This document shows positions 21,665 to 35,009 of a DNA stretch of 64,000 nt, one piece after another; positions within the stretch are counted from its first letter, which is position 1, and each line of letters opens with the position of its first letter. The position numbers and the translations under genes are program-made. The notes below the pieces were generated by a model that was not told the origin of the DNA, searched no databases, and worked only from the letters and a program-made list of their open reading frames with translations. Where the stretch lies: NCBI GenBank assembly GCA_965603825.1, contig CBFDEM010000027.1:620001-684000 (forward strand), read 5' to 3'. This DNA is from Blepharisma stoltei ATCC 30299 (lineage: Eukaryota > Protista > Ciliophora).

Positions 21665-24034
21665 TTAATTAAGTCTATGGGAAACAGTTTGGCTGTTAAA
21701 AAACGAGAAAATTAAGCCTGCTGATTTAGGGTCTATGAGTTTTTCAAGGTCTGATTGGGAGGACTGGGCAATTTTGGAGATTGAGGCGAAATTTTGGAGA
21801 ATTATGTGAATGTTTTCTGAGGATATTCCTGGGATTGAAGGAAGCATTGAAAGGGCGTCAGAGGAGCTGCAGCCTTTGTGGAGGGCTTCAGAAAGGATAG
21901 GATCTGGCTGATTTTGCTTAATTTTAAGGAAAAAACGGGCGGATTGCTCAGGGCTTGTGGACCATAAAAGAGATATGCCTGGGATTTTGTTTAAAAGCTG
22001 GGATAAATGAAGACAGGCTATTGAGCGGCTGTTGGTTGCAGATAAAGAAAATTCTGTGTCTTCACGGAATTCTATTAAAAGGACACAACGATCGTAGTAT
22101 GATTTCATTTTGATAAGCTGGTCATGAAGCCTTCCAGAGCTTAGGGACTGGAAAATGTCATCTGTTGTCACACTTTTTCTTTCAACGCAGATAGAAGGTG
22201 ATAATATGTAGTCTCCTACTTGCAGCTGGGCTGGGATTACTCGGATTCCTTGCTTGTATAGCTCATATGGGAGGATGCTTGAAAACTCTCTTTTATCTAC
22301 TATGATTTTTGCAGCATTTTCTCTTAGAGAAATCACTCTAGGTATCTCACAAGTCAACAAATGCTTAAAACCAGCTATTTCCGCTTGCTGCGAAAACGAA
22401 TAAAGCAAGTTTTCATACAACGGTGCCGCAAACAGCACAACATTTTTTAAAGGAAATTCCAAGTCCCTACATATCGCAGCATAAATTTCGATTTTCCTTA
22501 TCAATGACAGATCATAAGAACAAATAAATATATGCGTTGGGTTAATATTCATAAAATTATCAATTTGATGACGATTTAAGATCTTAATATCTCAATTAGG
22601 AACTTGGAAGTCATTTCATGAGTATCCAAATGAGTCTAATACATATTCCTGCAATATTAAATCACTTTCATCAAGCTCTTTGTTGAATACTGGGGTTGGA
22701 AAAGATTCTGAAGGGTGCAAAGAAAAAGAAACTTCATATTTAGATTTCAGCTCATTTAACATGTTGCTAAGCTGCTCCTGGATTAGCTGATTTTTAGACT
22801 CATAAGTAAGCAGAGGATTAAAAGATTCTAGAAGACATTTCAGCTTGAACTCTAAGATCACCTCAGGAGTTCCTTTTAAATAGGCGACAATGTATTGCTT
22901 AAGATAAGCTTGGTGGACACTATATGGGTTAATAATTAAAATAGATCCGCTTTCTTCAGTTTCTATAGTATTTTTAACCATTTTTCCGAGTGTTTCTCAT
23001 TTTTTGCTTGGTGAAAGATTGAAATTTACATTATTTTCATCAATTTTGATCACTCTGTCTCTAGCTACCTTAATCAACTCTTCTGTTTCATTTTCCATAT
23101 TATGCCAAATTCCTTCACTCGCCCTATAATCTGACACCTGCTCTCTTATAAATTTCATAAATCTCAGCAAATATTCTAAAAATTCAAGACTGTCACAATG
23201 CTCCAATTTCTTCAGCATTTTTCTGACTTGTTCGATATTATCACACAGTGTTTTGGTTTTTGAAGGCAAATTTCTCAATTTAAAGTCCATTGTGGATTTC
23301 AATATCTGATAATGCTTTTTCAAAACTGCTGATTGTAAGTCAATTTCTTGAAGATCAAAGTTTTTATTAGACCTTTTTATTTCATTAATACACACTTGCA
23401 GCATATCTATAAGCAAGTTATGGATTTTGAGAGCTGCGCCTGATGGCTGAAGCGTTATTTTTTGTCAGTTTCCAGCGAAGTTTTCAAGCTCTTCAGCAAT
23501 CTCATATCTACTTTTAGGTCAGCACAATACTTTTGATATCCCGAATTCTTTTATATCATTTAAATTCACCCAAAAAGGGTTTTCTGTGACTAATTTTACA
23601 GAAATCTCTGGATTTTTTTCCAATAATAAATTTACAATAAACATTTCATTACAAGCTGACCCCAGCTTGTCAACATTATGTATCACAATTCCTTTTACCT
23701 TATTTGGGTCTATTTTTTCTTCTAAAATATCTGTAACAGCCGTTCTTCCTGTTACATGCACAGCTCCTCCTTTTTTATAAGTAATTTCCCTTGATCGGCT
23801 ATCAATCTTTTCACTCCCAATGTCAACTACCTCAAATAATGAAGTCAGCGTGCTGATTTCCTGCTGGCTAAAATTAAGCAAAATCCACAAATTTTTGGCG
23901 TCTGCATCTAAATTTGATCTCAAAAATACAGAAATTACTTCAAGACTCCCAAGGCCAGTCCCAAGACATAACAGTGCGTTCTTGTATTTTTGTAAATCAT
24001 TTGAAATAATAGTATGAAATCTAAGGGTTGCCAT
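21665..24034 (-). CDS. ERCC4: DNA repair endonuclease XPF/ERCC4/Rad1 (789 aa)
   Basis: Four in-frame ORFs joined across TGA. VDKREFSS, VGDYILSPSICVERKS, C-terminal HhH, degenerate helicase-like N-terminus. Confidence 0.9.
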
Positions 24035-24076
24035 ATAATTTAGCTATTTATTTATAAGAATCTTCTCTTGAGTAAA

Positions 24077-25273
24077 TTAAATTACACTATACTCCTCGAT
24101 GGATTTCTTCGCAATATCAAATCTATATACTTGATTATTCGATAAAGCAAAAAATATGCTCTCATCATGGGTGACAGCACACGATAACGGCGAAAATCTA
24201 ACTATTGACGCTTCCCAAAGGTGCTCCCACACTCTCAAATCTTTTATCGCGCTTTCATAAATTCTACCACTGCTTTCTATAATAAACAGTCTACTATTAG
24301 CCCCACATAGCACTTTTGATCTTACAGGAGTCAGGCTAAAAAGCTCGTCATAAGAATTTAAGAGAGGGTCATATGAATAAAGCTTGGAATGCATGTTTCC
24401 TGATAGAATAATTTTCTCTCCAAAGGCGATACATGAACAATAGTCTGAAGGCTCTGGCAATTGGGAAAGTTTGCTTCAGGAATCAGTAGAAATTGTATAT
24501 TTTTCAGCCAGGCTGAGAAGGCCTTTGTGGTTGTAACCTCCAAATACGTATATACATCCACGTAGGTAAGTACCCCCAGAGCAGTGGCAAGGGATCCCAT
24601 CAGATAGTTTTTTGACGTTAAATTGGGAATCTATAAGGAGACTGAGGCCAGAATAGGAATAATCAGCGTAGTTTCCGTAGCAGAAATATTTCCTACCTGG
24701 GAGCATACACATGCAAGTACTCTTTGACATCGGCTGAGGAGTATTGAGGGTATAATTTATAGTGCTTTTGCTGTCAAGATTTATGACTGCCAGATCTTTT
24801 GTAAAATTTCTGAAAATAGGGATTTGGAAAGATTTTGGGGTAAAAACGTGTTTCTTGAATAGCGAATTGACGTGAAATATGCCTTTTATCATGGATTTTA
24901 GCTTAGAGGAGCTTATAGAGAGGATTGGATATTCAAAATCGTGAGCTTCAAGTAGCTCAGTTGGCTCCATTTGTAAAAACCTGATTAGCTTTGGGGAGAG
25001 CTTGGGATTAGAGAGACACATTAGTGAACAAATCATCCTGTCCAGCTTGGACTCGTTCTTTTTCAGCTTTTTTAAAGCACACTTTGAAGCTTCTTCAATG
25101 CTCATGATGATTTCTGATGTTTCACGGATTATCTCAGAATGGTAGACTTTGTGGAGTTCTTTCATTTTTCATAGCTTTTCTAGCAGGATTTCTTTGGATT
25201 TTGGGTTTGAGCTGTGGTGACAATGGTCCAGAAGACATTCGCTAGTATCTTTTGAAAAGGCATGGCTAAGCAT
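24077..25273 (-). CDS. Coiled-coil plus Kelch-type beta-propeller protein
   Basis: IYVFGGY..AEKY..DSW(TGA), YSYDP; one frame from ATG 25273. Confidence 0.78.
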
Positions 25274-25547
25274 ATTTTTTTTATTTTATATTTAAAGAGT
25301 TCAAGCAGAATTTTCCGTTTTATTGATCATATGTATATTATTAAAATTTGATTCAATAATTTCATAAGCGAATTTGGTATAAATTTAAGAATTAGGATAT
25401 ATGGATAGAGTCAGGGTCAAATATTTTCGAATTCAAAATAGGATATCTTAAGGCTCCCGCCATTAATTCTAAAAGTAAAAACTTCTGCTTATAACAAATA
25501 CTTATCTATTTTAGCTTGAGCCATTAATTAATTAGAATTAATTTTGT

Positions 25548-26495
25548 TTATTCATGCCCTTCTAGCAGTAACAATAACGTTATTATTGTAACTCCAAACA
25601 TAAGTGAACAGAATTTTGGTCACTTGTTTTTTGAAACTGCAAACTCTTCTACAACAATCTCAGATGCTGAAATATAAAGAAAAGTCCCAGTTGTAAAGCT
25701 CAGCAGTATTCCAACTATAAAAGAAGACACATAGGTCATAATTAGCATCCCTATTACTATCCCAAATGGACTTGCCATAACAAGTAAAGCTACAGCAGTG
25801 ATTGAATGTTTTTGGTTCATATCTCCTATACTGATGCATAATGCCAAGATTTCCGGAACCTTGTGGAGGGTTACTGCAATCACAAGATTTATTAAATCGT
25901 TTATGTCTTCTTGCAGCCCAATTGCAAATCCTTCAAGGATACCATGAAGACATAAAGCGAAAACAAGCAAAATTGAACTGATATATGATGTATGTCTTTT
26001 ATGACAGTTGTCTAATAAAGGCTCTGTGAGGCTTTCACAAAGCGCTATGCAGTTTTCACCACATCCTGTACCTAAGTGACAGACAACACGATTTCTTGTC
26101 GAAATGAGATGTTTCAGCCTGTTTTCTTCTTCGTCAGCGACTGGCTTATGATTGTGCACACCAAGGTCAACATGCCGATTTCCATGTGTTACTAAGTGAT
26201 GGCTGTCGAATGCAATTTTGTCAATAAACAAAATAAAGAGGTATCCTAATAACGCTATTAAAAATCCTAGAGGCAGCTCTTTGAACTCTTCCAACTTTTC
26301 TACTCCTTCAGGAAGTAAATGCAATAATGCAATTGCAAGGAAAGTCCCACCAGCAAAAGAGCTGAAGACTCCTGTCAGTCTACTAGGTATTTTCTTCCTA
26401 AATAACTCTTACAGAACAAAAGCAGTGTACCCAACAGATATAGACACGAAGAGTATCGTGAGTAGTGAGAGAATCTTCCAAACATAAAGTTCCAT
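25548..26495 (-). CDS. ZIP-family zinc/iron transporter
   Basis: FAGGTFLAIALLHLLPE, LHGILEGFAIG, LHKVPE, GTFLYISASE; intron 26398-26412. Confidence 0.92.
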
Positions 26496-26663
26496 TTTAA
26501 ATCAAATATTAAAATCAACTTAAAACCAGTGTTTCCGCCAGCCATAGGACTTATATATTAATTGTGCTCAGAAATTAATTTTCTTTAAAAATAAATCATT
26601 TATTATGACAATAACCTACTTATAAATTATATAAAAATCAAATGGCTCATTTATCAAATAATC

Positions 26664-27683
26664 ATGGGACAAATTAGCTGCTCATCGTGCTCATGCAGCG
26701 ACAAAGAAAAAGAAGTAAAGCTAGAGCCTGAAATTGTGGAGGAAAATCTAAATAATACATCTCGCATGAGAAGAGCCCAAGCAAGTGAGATTCCTGAGTC
26801 CATTATGAATTTAGATGAAATTTCCGTTGATCTCACGTCATTAATAAAAATACAATCACTGTGAAGAGGCTACCAAGTGAGAAAACAATTGACGCATTTA
26901 AGTAAATCAGTAAATAAGCAGTCATACTTTAACGAAGAAATCCCAGTTTTCAAAGATTCAGGCTCAATGCCGTTACAGAGAGAAGAAAGAGCTCCGTTTA
27001 TGTATAAGAACGGAGCTGTTTATAATGGTCAATGGCTTGGGAATTTGAGAGATGGCTATGGATCTCAAACTTGGCCAGATGGTGCTAAATATCAGGGGTA
27101 CTGGAAAAATAATAAAGCAGAAGGGTTTGGGAAGTTTTGGCATATTGATGGAGATATTTATGAAGGTAACTGACGATATGATAAAGCTAATGGAAAAGGA
27201 GTGTACTCACACATGTCAGGAGCTAGATATGAAGGAGAATGAAAAGATGACCTACAAGAAGGCTTCGGAATCGAGACCTGAGCAGACGGCAGTCAGTATG
27301 AAGGCTTTTATAAATATGGGAAAAAGCATGGCTTTGGGCTGTATATATGGAATGACGGGTCTAAATACATAGGCCAATGAGTAGAAAACCAAATTAATGG
27401 CTCTGGGACTTACTCGTGAACAGATGGGAGGAAATATGAAGGCGAATGGGCCAATAACAACATGCATGGGTATGGAGTTTATGTATGAAAGGACGGAAGA
27501 CGATATGAAGGAGACTATAGGCTCGACAAAAAGCATGGGCATGGGATTTATACATGGGCGGACGGAAGAAAATACAGAGGAGAATGAAAAAATGGGAAAC
27601 AGCACGGACAAGGCGAAATGATTATGGTCGATGGGACTGTAAAAAAAGGGTTCTGGAGAGAAGGCAAAAAGGTTGGAAAATAA
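26664..27683 (+). CDS. IQ-motif plus MORN-repeat protein with predicted N-terminal lipidation
   Basis: IQSLW(TGA)RGYQVRK; repeated YEGEW..G.G MORN units with many TGA at the Trp; N-terminus [11 protein letters not shown]. Confidence 0.9.
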
Positions 27684-27748
27684 TGAAAAAGCTGACTCAA
27701 TTTGAAATAATAAAAAAATTCATAATAAATTCATATTTTATCCAGGAG

Positions 27749-30013
27749 ATGCTAGGGGAAGAGCTACAAATGGGGATTGATAGAACGATATCGAACCAAG
27801 CAGATTCAGTGATTTATTTGATAAATGAGCACTCACAATATGAAACTCCGAATCTTCCTATTGACCAGAACATTTTGGATTTTTCACAAAGACAAATGGA
27901 TTTCAAATTTAAAGTTACTTTATTTTGTGACTCAGAAGATTGCAAAAATTTATCAAAAGAATTAAAATCAAAACTAGTCATTTATTACATTTTTTATACA
28001 GGTGCTTTGGCAATTAAATTGATGTCTGAAATTTTATTTAGTTCTGAATACACAGTTCCATGATCCCACATGCTTTTTCATATTTTATCTTGTGCATGCT
28101 TATTTTGCATTTCTATGGTGATTTTATTTTTTGTGTGTATTTCTGGGGTCGCGTTGACTTTTAATAGAGAGCTTTATACGTTATTGAGCGTATTGACAAT
28201 AATTTATTATTGTCTAGGCGAAGAAAGTATTTTATCAGGAATTACATCAGATAGTTACGATCACCAATTCCCCAACGGAGTAATTTACATTGTCGCCCTT
28301 ATCTCAGTCACAAAAGCCTTAATTTTCAACTGTTTCAAATACGTCACATTTTTATCAGTTTTCGGATCCTTATTCTATTTAATTATAGGTTTGATTTTTA
28401 CTAAAGCCAGCTCCTACACTATAGTATGCGATTTTCTCATAATGCTTTTGCTTCTTTCCCTACAGACGTTTGATGCCCATCAAGTCGATTACAGGACTCG
28501 GCAGTTATTTTACCGAAAAATTCAGGAAGAAGAAGCCTTAATGCCTATAACCAGTTATGCCAACCGTGGAGTAAGGACTATAAACAACGTCAACTCTGAA
28601 GTCGAACAAATCGTAAAATGCTGTGACCACATAAAATCCCACATAAAAAGCGCAGCCAAAATTATCATGTTCAATGACGTCAAAAAGAATTTAAAAGAAG
28701 CTGCCAATGAGATAGAAAAAATCAAGCGTAGAGTAGCCCACGGCTCATTTTTAGCTGACATAAAAATAGAGCCAAGTTATGAAATAGACGAAGAAGACCG
28801 AGTTTTCCTGACCCAGATGTTTTCTGAGCTAAAAACTCCTACACCACGTCGAAGCCGAAGACCAAGCATACAACAAATGTTAGAAAGGATCAATAATTTC
28901 CCATTCGCTAACTATGGCGCTGCTGAGCTTGAAAATGTGCTAACAGGAATGGGGAAAAACTGGAGTTTCGACATATGGTTCGTGTACAATGCCACAGGAC
29001 ATAGTATAATAATCGTTGCAGACTATCTATTTCAGAAATGAGGACTGAAAAACGAGTTCCGAATAAAAGACGAAACAATCCAAAACTACTTCAAAAGCTT
29101 GGAACAAGTAAGGAATAATTAGACATACAAGCCAGTTCCGTATCATAATGCCTGCCATGCTGCAGATGTCCTGCATACTATCATGTATTTTATTACTCAA
29201 AGCGAACAAGGATTTTCTTCATTGTGCGCTCTTGATACAATAGCCATTTTTGTAGCTGCGTTAGGACATGATGTGGGGCATCCTGCAGTAACAAATAGGT
29301 TTCTTGCGAATAATAGAGATGAGCTGGCTATAAAGTATAATGATTGCAGCGTCTTAGAAATGATGCATTGCTCTATTACTTTTGAAATTATGACTTATCA
29401 TGACCATGATATATTTTTGCATTTATCCAATGAGGAGTGGTTTAAAGCGAGAAAAATGATTGTGGAGATGATACTGCAGACGGATATGTCGAAACATTTT
29501 GAATTTTTGGGGAAGTTTAAGACCAGGGCTATAAGTCTGTGTGATATTTCGCTTGAAAATGATGATGATAAAAATTTTATATTATCAATGGCACTTAAAT
29601 GTGCTGACTTAGGCCATGCAGCGAAATATCAAGAACTCCACGAAAAATGGACAAGCTTTATATGTGAAGAATTTTTCAGACAAGGCGATATGGAACGAGA
29701 ACGGAAGCAGCCAATTTCAGTTTACTGTGACAGAAACGACACAAATGTGCCTAAAAGCCAAGTCGGGTTCTTAAAAAATGTAGCCTTTCCTCTCTACGAA
29801 GCCTGGTGCACTTACTTGAACGAAGACACAATTAAACAAGTTTGTTTAGAACAAATAAAAATGAATATAGCCTTCTGAGAATCCAAATGCATTGACAGGA
29901 GAAACACTATGATCATAATAGGAAAAGACAAAGACTCTCCAAAAAACCCTGCAATTGTAAAGAGACATAGTAATTTCTATATAGCCGACTTCAATCCAAA
30001 ATCCAAGCTTTAA
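27749..30013 (+). CDS. Membrane-anchored class I cyclic-nucleotide phosphodiesterase (start uncertain: 27683, 27749 or 27770)
   Basis: YHNACHAADV, HDVGHPAVTN, LEMMH, TDM, KCADL, EEFFRQGD, SQVGF; intron 29108-29122; N-terminal TM helices. Confidence 0.88.
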
Positions 30014-30058
30014 TTAGTATTTCTACTAAAATTAATGTTAATTGTATTCCCCATTATA

Positions 30059-31261
30059 ATGGACAAAAAGATAGTCGCAGTTGCTTGTGAAAATTTAGGC
30101 ATCAAAAATATCACTTCTGACGCCTCAGCCACCCTAATCAACGACTCTGAGATGCGAATTCGCCAAGTAATTGGTCTGGCTATCAATTTTATGAAAAGAA
30201 GCCACCGGTCTCAGCTGCAATCTAAAGACATCAAACGCGCAATGAAATTATGTGGACTTGACGTAATCCAAACTTAGAACATTTATGGCTTTCCAAGCAG
30301 CGTCCCTTTAAAGTACAAAAATCTGCCAAATGACGAAGATGCCTGGATTATTGACGATGCAGAAATCCAGCTTTCCGAGTTTTTGACTAGTAAAATCTCC
30401 CCACCTTTTGATGTATCTTTGCATTCCCATTGGCTCGCTATCAATGGAAAAGTCCCAAATATCCCTGAAAACCATACAGAAAACGTCGTAGAAGAAGAAA
30501 TCAAAGAAAATGTCCCGAACGACAAAATTTTGATTGGGAATGTCACACATCAGCTGTCACTGCAGCAGCAGCTGTATTATAATACCATTTTAGAGTCCTT
30601 GCAGACAGGGAAAAAGCTGCAGGTGGCGCTTGATTCTTTGTATAATGATTCGAGCATTACACAAGTGGTACCTTATTTGGCAAGATCTTTTTACCAATTG
30701 GTCTTTGAGAGCAACTCTTTAGAATTACTAGACAGAGCTATGAAAATGCTGGGGGCGCTGGCACTGAATCCGCATCTAAATTTAGAGCCTTATCTTCACC
30801 AAATAATCCCAACTTTGCTTTCTGGAGTTGTGAGGACTAATTTATTAGAAGAGGGGCATTGGGTGTTTAGAAGGAATACAGCAGATATAGTAGCAAAAGT
30901 ATGTGAGAAATATATACAATATTATGATGACTTAAAAGCTAGGGTTATTCAGCTTTATGTTAGTGTACTAGAAGATCCCTCAAAGCCAGCGTGCACTCAT
31001 TATGGAGCGATACAAGGGATTAATGCTTTTGGAGCACAAACAGTCAAAACTGTCCTGGTTTCACTACTGGGTGAATATATACCGCATGTGCTTGAGCCGA
31101 GATTGAGAAGCCAGGACTCGTTTATGTGGAATCAAGTAAAAGGAGCTTTAATTGTAAGGGATATTTAGGAGGGATGTAGAAAGGTAGTTAAAGAAAACCC
31201 AGCAGCTTATTCAGGATTAGAAGAATTTTTTGGAAATGAGCTGGCTATTATAGAAAGTTAA
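30059..31261 (+). CDS. TAF6: TFIID subunit TAF6
   Basis: H4-like fold, HWLAINGKVPNIPEN, HQLSLQQQLYY, LEPYLHQIIP, HYGAI; introns 30263-30277 and 31154-31168. Confidence 0.92.
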
Positions 31262-31653
31262 AAATAAATAATAACCAAATATACATGCTAAAAATCGCAT
31301 ATAAATAATCTTATTTAGATAAGATGCCTAAAACTAATTTATTTAAACTAAATTCTGATTTAAGGCATTTTAATATTAAAAAACTTAAAAAAAGGCTTTT
31401 ATAAATTCAAAAAAATTCAAAACTCAGATATGGCTTTGTAAATAGTAGTTGGTGAATAAATTAATAATATTTTATTTTAAGGTGATTTAATTAAAAGTAC
31501 AGATTTATAACTCTAAATAAAACTATAGTAAGCAAAAAGCTTATAAACGTGGTGAAGAAATTAATAGACATGTTTTATTTTCAATTTTAAGTCTCTATTT
31601 AATTATTCCTTTACGAGCAAGCTATATTATGCAACTAGTTAATGTTACAACTC

Positions 31654-32367
31654 CTAAGAATTCACCTGCATCCAAACTGACATCATATAAAGGTTCATTA
31701 ATTGCTCCATATTTAAAACTGGGACATCACCTTTTTCATCTTCAAAACCCTGGTTTGGCTCAATGGACTCTTTTTTCTCTTCCACAGTATAATTCAACAG
31801 CTCTTTCGAAGCATAATCGTAGTAAACAAACCACAAGTCGCTTCCTACCTCACATTTCTTATTAAGCTCAGCCTGTCCGCACTCAGCGAACCACTGCCTA
31901 TACTCTTTTATAAAATTCTGATGAGAAAACAAGAAATCTTTGTATTTTTTCCCATATGACAAGAATTTGCCTCCTTTGTCAGGCTTGCCTTTCGAGCCTA
32001 AATAAAAGAGCCAAAATTCTTTGTCTTCTTCTGTAAGAGAGTTTTCTATCTGAGGATAATGAAACTTCATATAGCTCCTAAAAGATCTAAGCCAGTATTT
32101 ATCTTTTTCTTCTGTTTTTTTCTTAATAGGGTCAAAAGGCCTCAGAGGCTTCCTACCTCTTTTTTTCTTAACATTGTTATTATTTTTGGTGCTTGGCGAC
32201 TCCTTGGACTTGGCATTATCATTAATCTCACATAAATTGGGTGAAATGCCAATTGAAGCAATGGCAGGCCAATTTAGCCAAATGTCCTCAGGATAACTAA
32301 AAGCTGGAACTGAGGAATTGTTTGGTAAGTTTTGTGGGAATTCTGACAGATCTGGGTTAAAGTTCAT
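31654..32367 (-). CDS. Hypothetical nuclear protein with AT-hook-like KKKRGRKP
   Basis: 237-aa ORF; basic motif followed by an aromatic-rich globular region. Confidence 0.65.
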   Translation of the reverse strand: MNFNPDLSEFPQNLPNNSSVPAFSYPEDIWLNWPAIASIGISPNLCEINDNAKSKESPSTKNNNNVKKKRGRKPLRPFDPIKKKTEEKDKYWLRSFRSYMKFHYPQIENSLTEEDKEFWLFYLGSKGKPDKGGKFLSYGKKYKDFLFSHQNFIKEYRQWFAECGQAELNKKCEVGSDLWFVYYDYASKELLNYTVEEKKESIEPNQGFEDEKGDVPVLNMEQLMNLYMMSVWMQVNS

Positions 32368-33537
32368 ATATATTTGATGGAGTAAAAATTAATTATTACT
32401 GTAAAAAATGTAAGTTACTTTAGTGACATCATGAAATTTCAAATAATTTTAAACAATAAGCATATTAACATATAATTTATGACTATGAAATGTATTCTAA
32501 GTGCATACTCCACAAAATTAATATTATCGAAACAATGCTGAATCTTTTTCGTACTGAATGACTTACTTGCTAGAGCCCTATTTACCAGTGATCTTCGCTG
32601 AAGCCACTTTGTTGCAAATTTTCCTCGACTTTTTCTATTGTAATAAAAATTTCACATAAAAACTCAGTATCTATTGCCGGATAGGTTTTATATAGATAAA
32701 CTAATTGGTATTTGTATGAAATGCTACAAATGCCTTAATAAGTTTATAGTGAGCAGCTTTAATTGCAGTAGAAGAAATACAAGTTGGAGAGGAAAAAGAT
32801 TATATTTTGTTTTTATGAAATTTATTCCAATTTTAAATAAAGAACAAATTTTTTGAAAGTTATGACGTCGTGGTGGGTCGACAAATATTTGGCGAGAAAT
32901 TAAAAAATGCAGTGACATTTTTATTGAAATGACTATTACATATAAACACCAAAGTTTTTAAAAACCTGCAATAAATACATTTTAATTGTTCTTTAAGTTT
33001 CAAATTTGCTAAAATGAAATATATTCATTCAATTATGATAATATTTATTAAATTTCATAAATTTTCCTAAATATTAATCTTTAGCTCACCTTCAAATTGA
33101 TGACGTGTTGCCATAAAACTTCATCTTTATATCGACTTTAAATAAGTAGTTTTGTGATGTTTTGCTCGATTTAAATGGCACATAATTAAAAAACGGGCTA
33201 CAGGATTTTTTGCTGAATGGGAACAGCATAAAGCATTTTGGTATTTCAATTTATAGTTTATTTTAAGACATTTGTAAGCAGAAAGAGCTTATTATATAGA
33301 AATATGCTAGCAAAATGTTAAATATAAATATAAATATTTTATTTCTTATTTATAATTATCTGAGACCAGCAAAACCAAATTTTCAATAATAATGACAACC
33401 AAATTATAATTTTAAAACAAATTTAAATGCTTAATAAATATTCATCAATAAATGCTGATTTTCCTATCTAAGACCAATTGTTTTATAGCAATTTTCTTAT
33501 TTTATTACAATCACTCACAAAATTTAAGTTATAAATA

Positions 33538-34989
33538 ATGAAAGGGTTGACAAGTATTTTTTCCTTCATATGTCTATCAGCTTTAGCACTCAGACCCGGC
33601 ATAAGAACTTCAATTTCCCAAAATGCCCTGATAAATATAAAAAATTCTATCGTCCCGAACGTGATCACTGAAATTCAAGCAAATAAAATTCCAGATTTTG
33701 ATGTGAAATTTGGTTTGTTGAAAATAAATATCACTGATATACAGTTTCTAGAATTTAATTTGACAGCTGAAAATGTAGGTGTAAAATTAGTTATTGATGA
33801 TACTATCAGTTATATCAATTTGGAACTGATAAATCTGAGCTTTAATGCTACGTCAAAGATTGCGTTTAGGACTCCGTTTTTAGTGAAGGGGACAATAAGC
33901 TCGTCATTGGAAAACACGAATTTGACAATACCAATTAAAATTGGGACAAATAAAGGAAAAGTCAGTTTAGAAATTTTAGCAGCACGAGGAAATTTAGACA
34001 GCTTTAAGATGAGAATAAAAACTGATAGCCAAATAATATCATTTTTCCAGCTGTTTAATCACTTTTTGCCCATCAATATGCTGACAAATGCGTACAAGCG
34101 CAAGCTGGTAACTCATATAGGAGAAAGTTTTAATCCTCAAATACAAAAAATTCTAAATTCTATTGTTTATGTTGAAGAAATCCCAAATTTGCCTCTAAGT
34201 ATTGATTATCATATTGAAGCTTTACAAGTGGTGCAAAATCAATATATAGAAGGTCTAATTAATGGAACATTTTTCTTGACGAAAAAGCCAAAACTCGTTC
34301 CTAATGTAACATTGCCAGAAATTCCCCCAGCTTGGGTAAGCTCACAGGATTTCAAAATTCAGATTTCAGAGTACTTTTTTGATACTTTTCTCTGGGGTTT
34401 GCAAGACTCAGGAATTTTGAACATTAACATCACCAATGATATCATACCAAAAGAAATCCCTATCACTCTATCAACTACTGGACTATCAGAAATTTTACCA
34501 AACCTTCCCAAAGTTTATGGAAATGACAAGCCTATCAATATGAACTGCATTGTGAGCAGTCCTCCTCAATTCACTATTTCAGAGGTTGGTACTTTATTAT
34601 CTAATTCCTATTGTGACTTTGTCGTAACCACAGCAGAAAATGCCTTTAAAACCGCATTTAGGCTAAACATGCAAGCTATGACTCAATTTACAGGCTACGT
34701 TGTTAATAACAGCACCGGCGTCTATCTATTTGGAAGCATCCTTCCTAATTCTACAGAATTTACAGTCTTTACAGCCACTAACAGTACAATCGGTCCAATA
34801 AACCTCCAAGACGTCCAAGACGCTCTTAATTATTTTGCTGATGCAATAGCAAATTATATTGACCAAAAAATAGAAAATCAAGGAATCGTGCTACCAATCC
34901 CTCCGACAAGCCAAGTAGAAAATGCGACTATGGTGATGAATGAAAACTTTATTGAAATTGGTTTTACAAAGAGGTTTTCTAATTATTAA
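33538..34989 (+). CDS. BPI/LBP/CETP-family lipid-binding secreted protein
   Basis: Signal peptide, PGIRTSISQNAL, IPD, ISEYFFDT, two-lobe length (483 aa), GIVLP near the C-terminus. Confidence 0.82.
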   Translation: MKGLTSIFSFICLSALALRPGIRTSISQNALINIKNSIVPNVITEIQANKIPDFDVKFGLLKINITDIQFLEFNLTAENVGVKLVIDDTISYINLELINLSFNATSKIAFRTPFLVKGTISSSLENTNLTIPIKIGTNKGKVSLEILAARGNLDSFKMRIKTDSQIISFFQLFNHFLPINMLTNAYKRKLVTHIGESFNPQIQKILNSIVYVEEIPNLPLSIDYHIEALQVVQNQYIEGLINGTFFLTKKPKLVPNVTLPEIPPAWVSSQDFKIQISEYFFDTFLWGLQDSGILNINITNDIIPKEIPITLSTTGLSEILPNLPKVYGNDKPINMNCIVSSPPQFTISEVGTLLSNSYCDFVVTTAENAFKTAFRLNMQAMTQFTGYVVNNSTGVYLFGSILPNSTEFTVFTATNSTIGPINLQDVQDALNYFADAIANYIDQKIENQGIVLPIPPTSQVENATMVMNENFIEIGFTKRFSNY

Positions 34990-35009
34990 TATTTTTTAGA
35001 AATGATTAA

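Noticed and set aside
27681-27685. TAATG stop-start overlap between the MORN and PDE genes (translational coupling)
   Set aside because: The following ~65 nt look like AT-rich intergenic DNA and in-frame ATGs exist downstream; probably chance.
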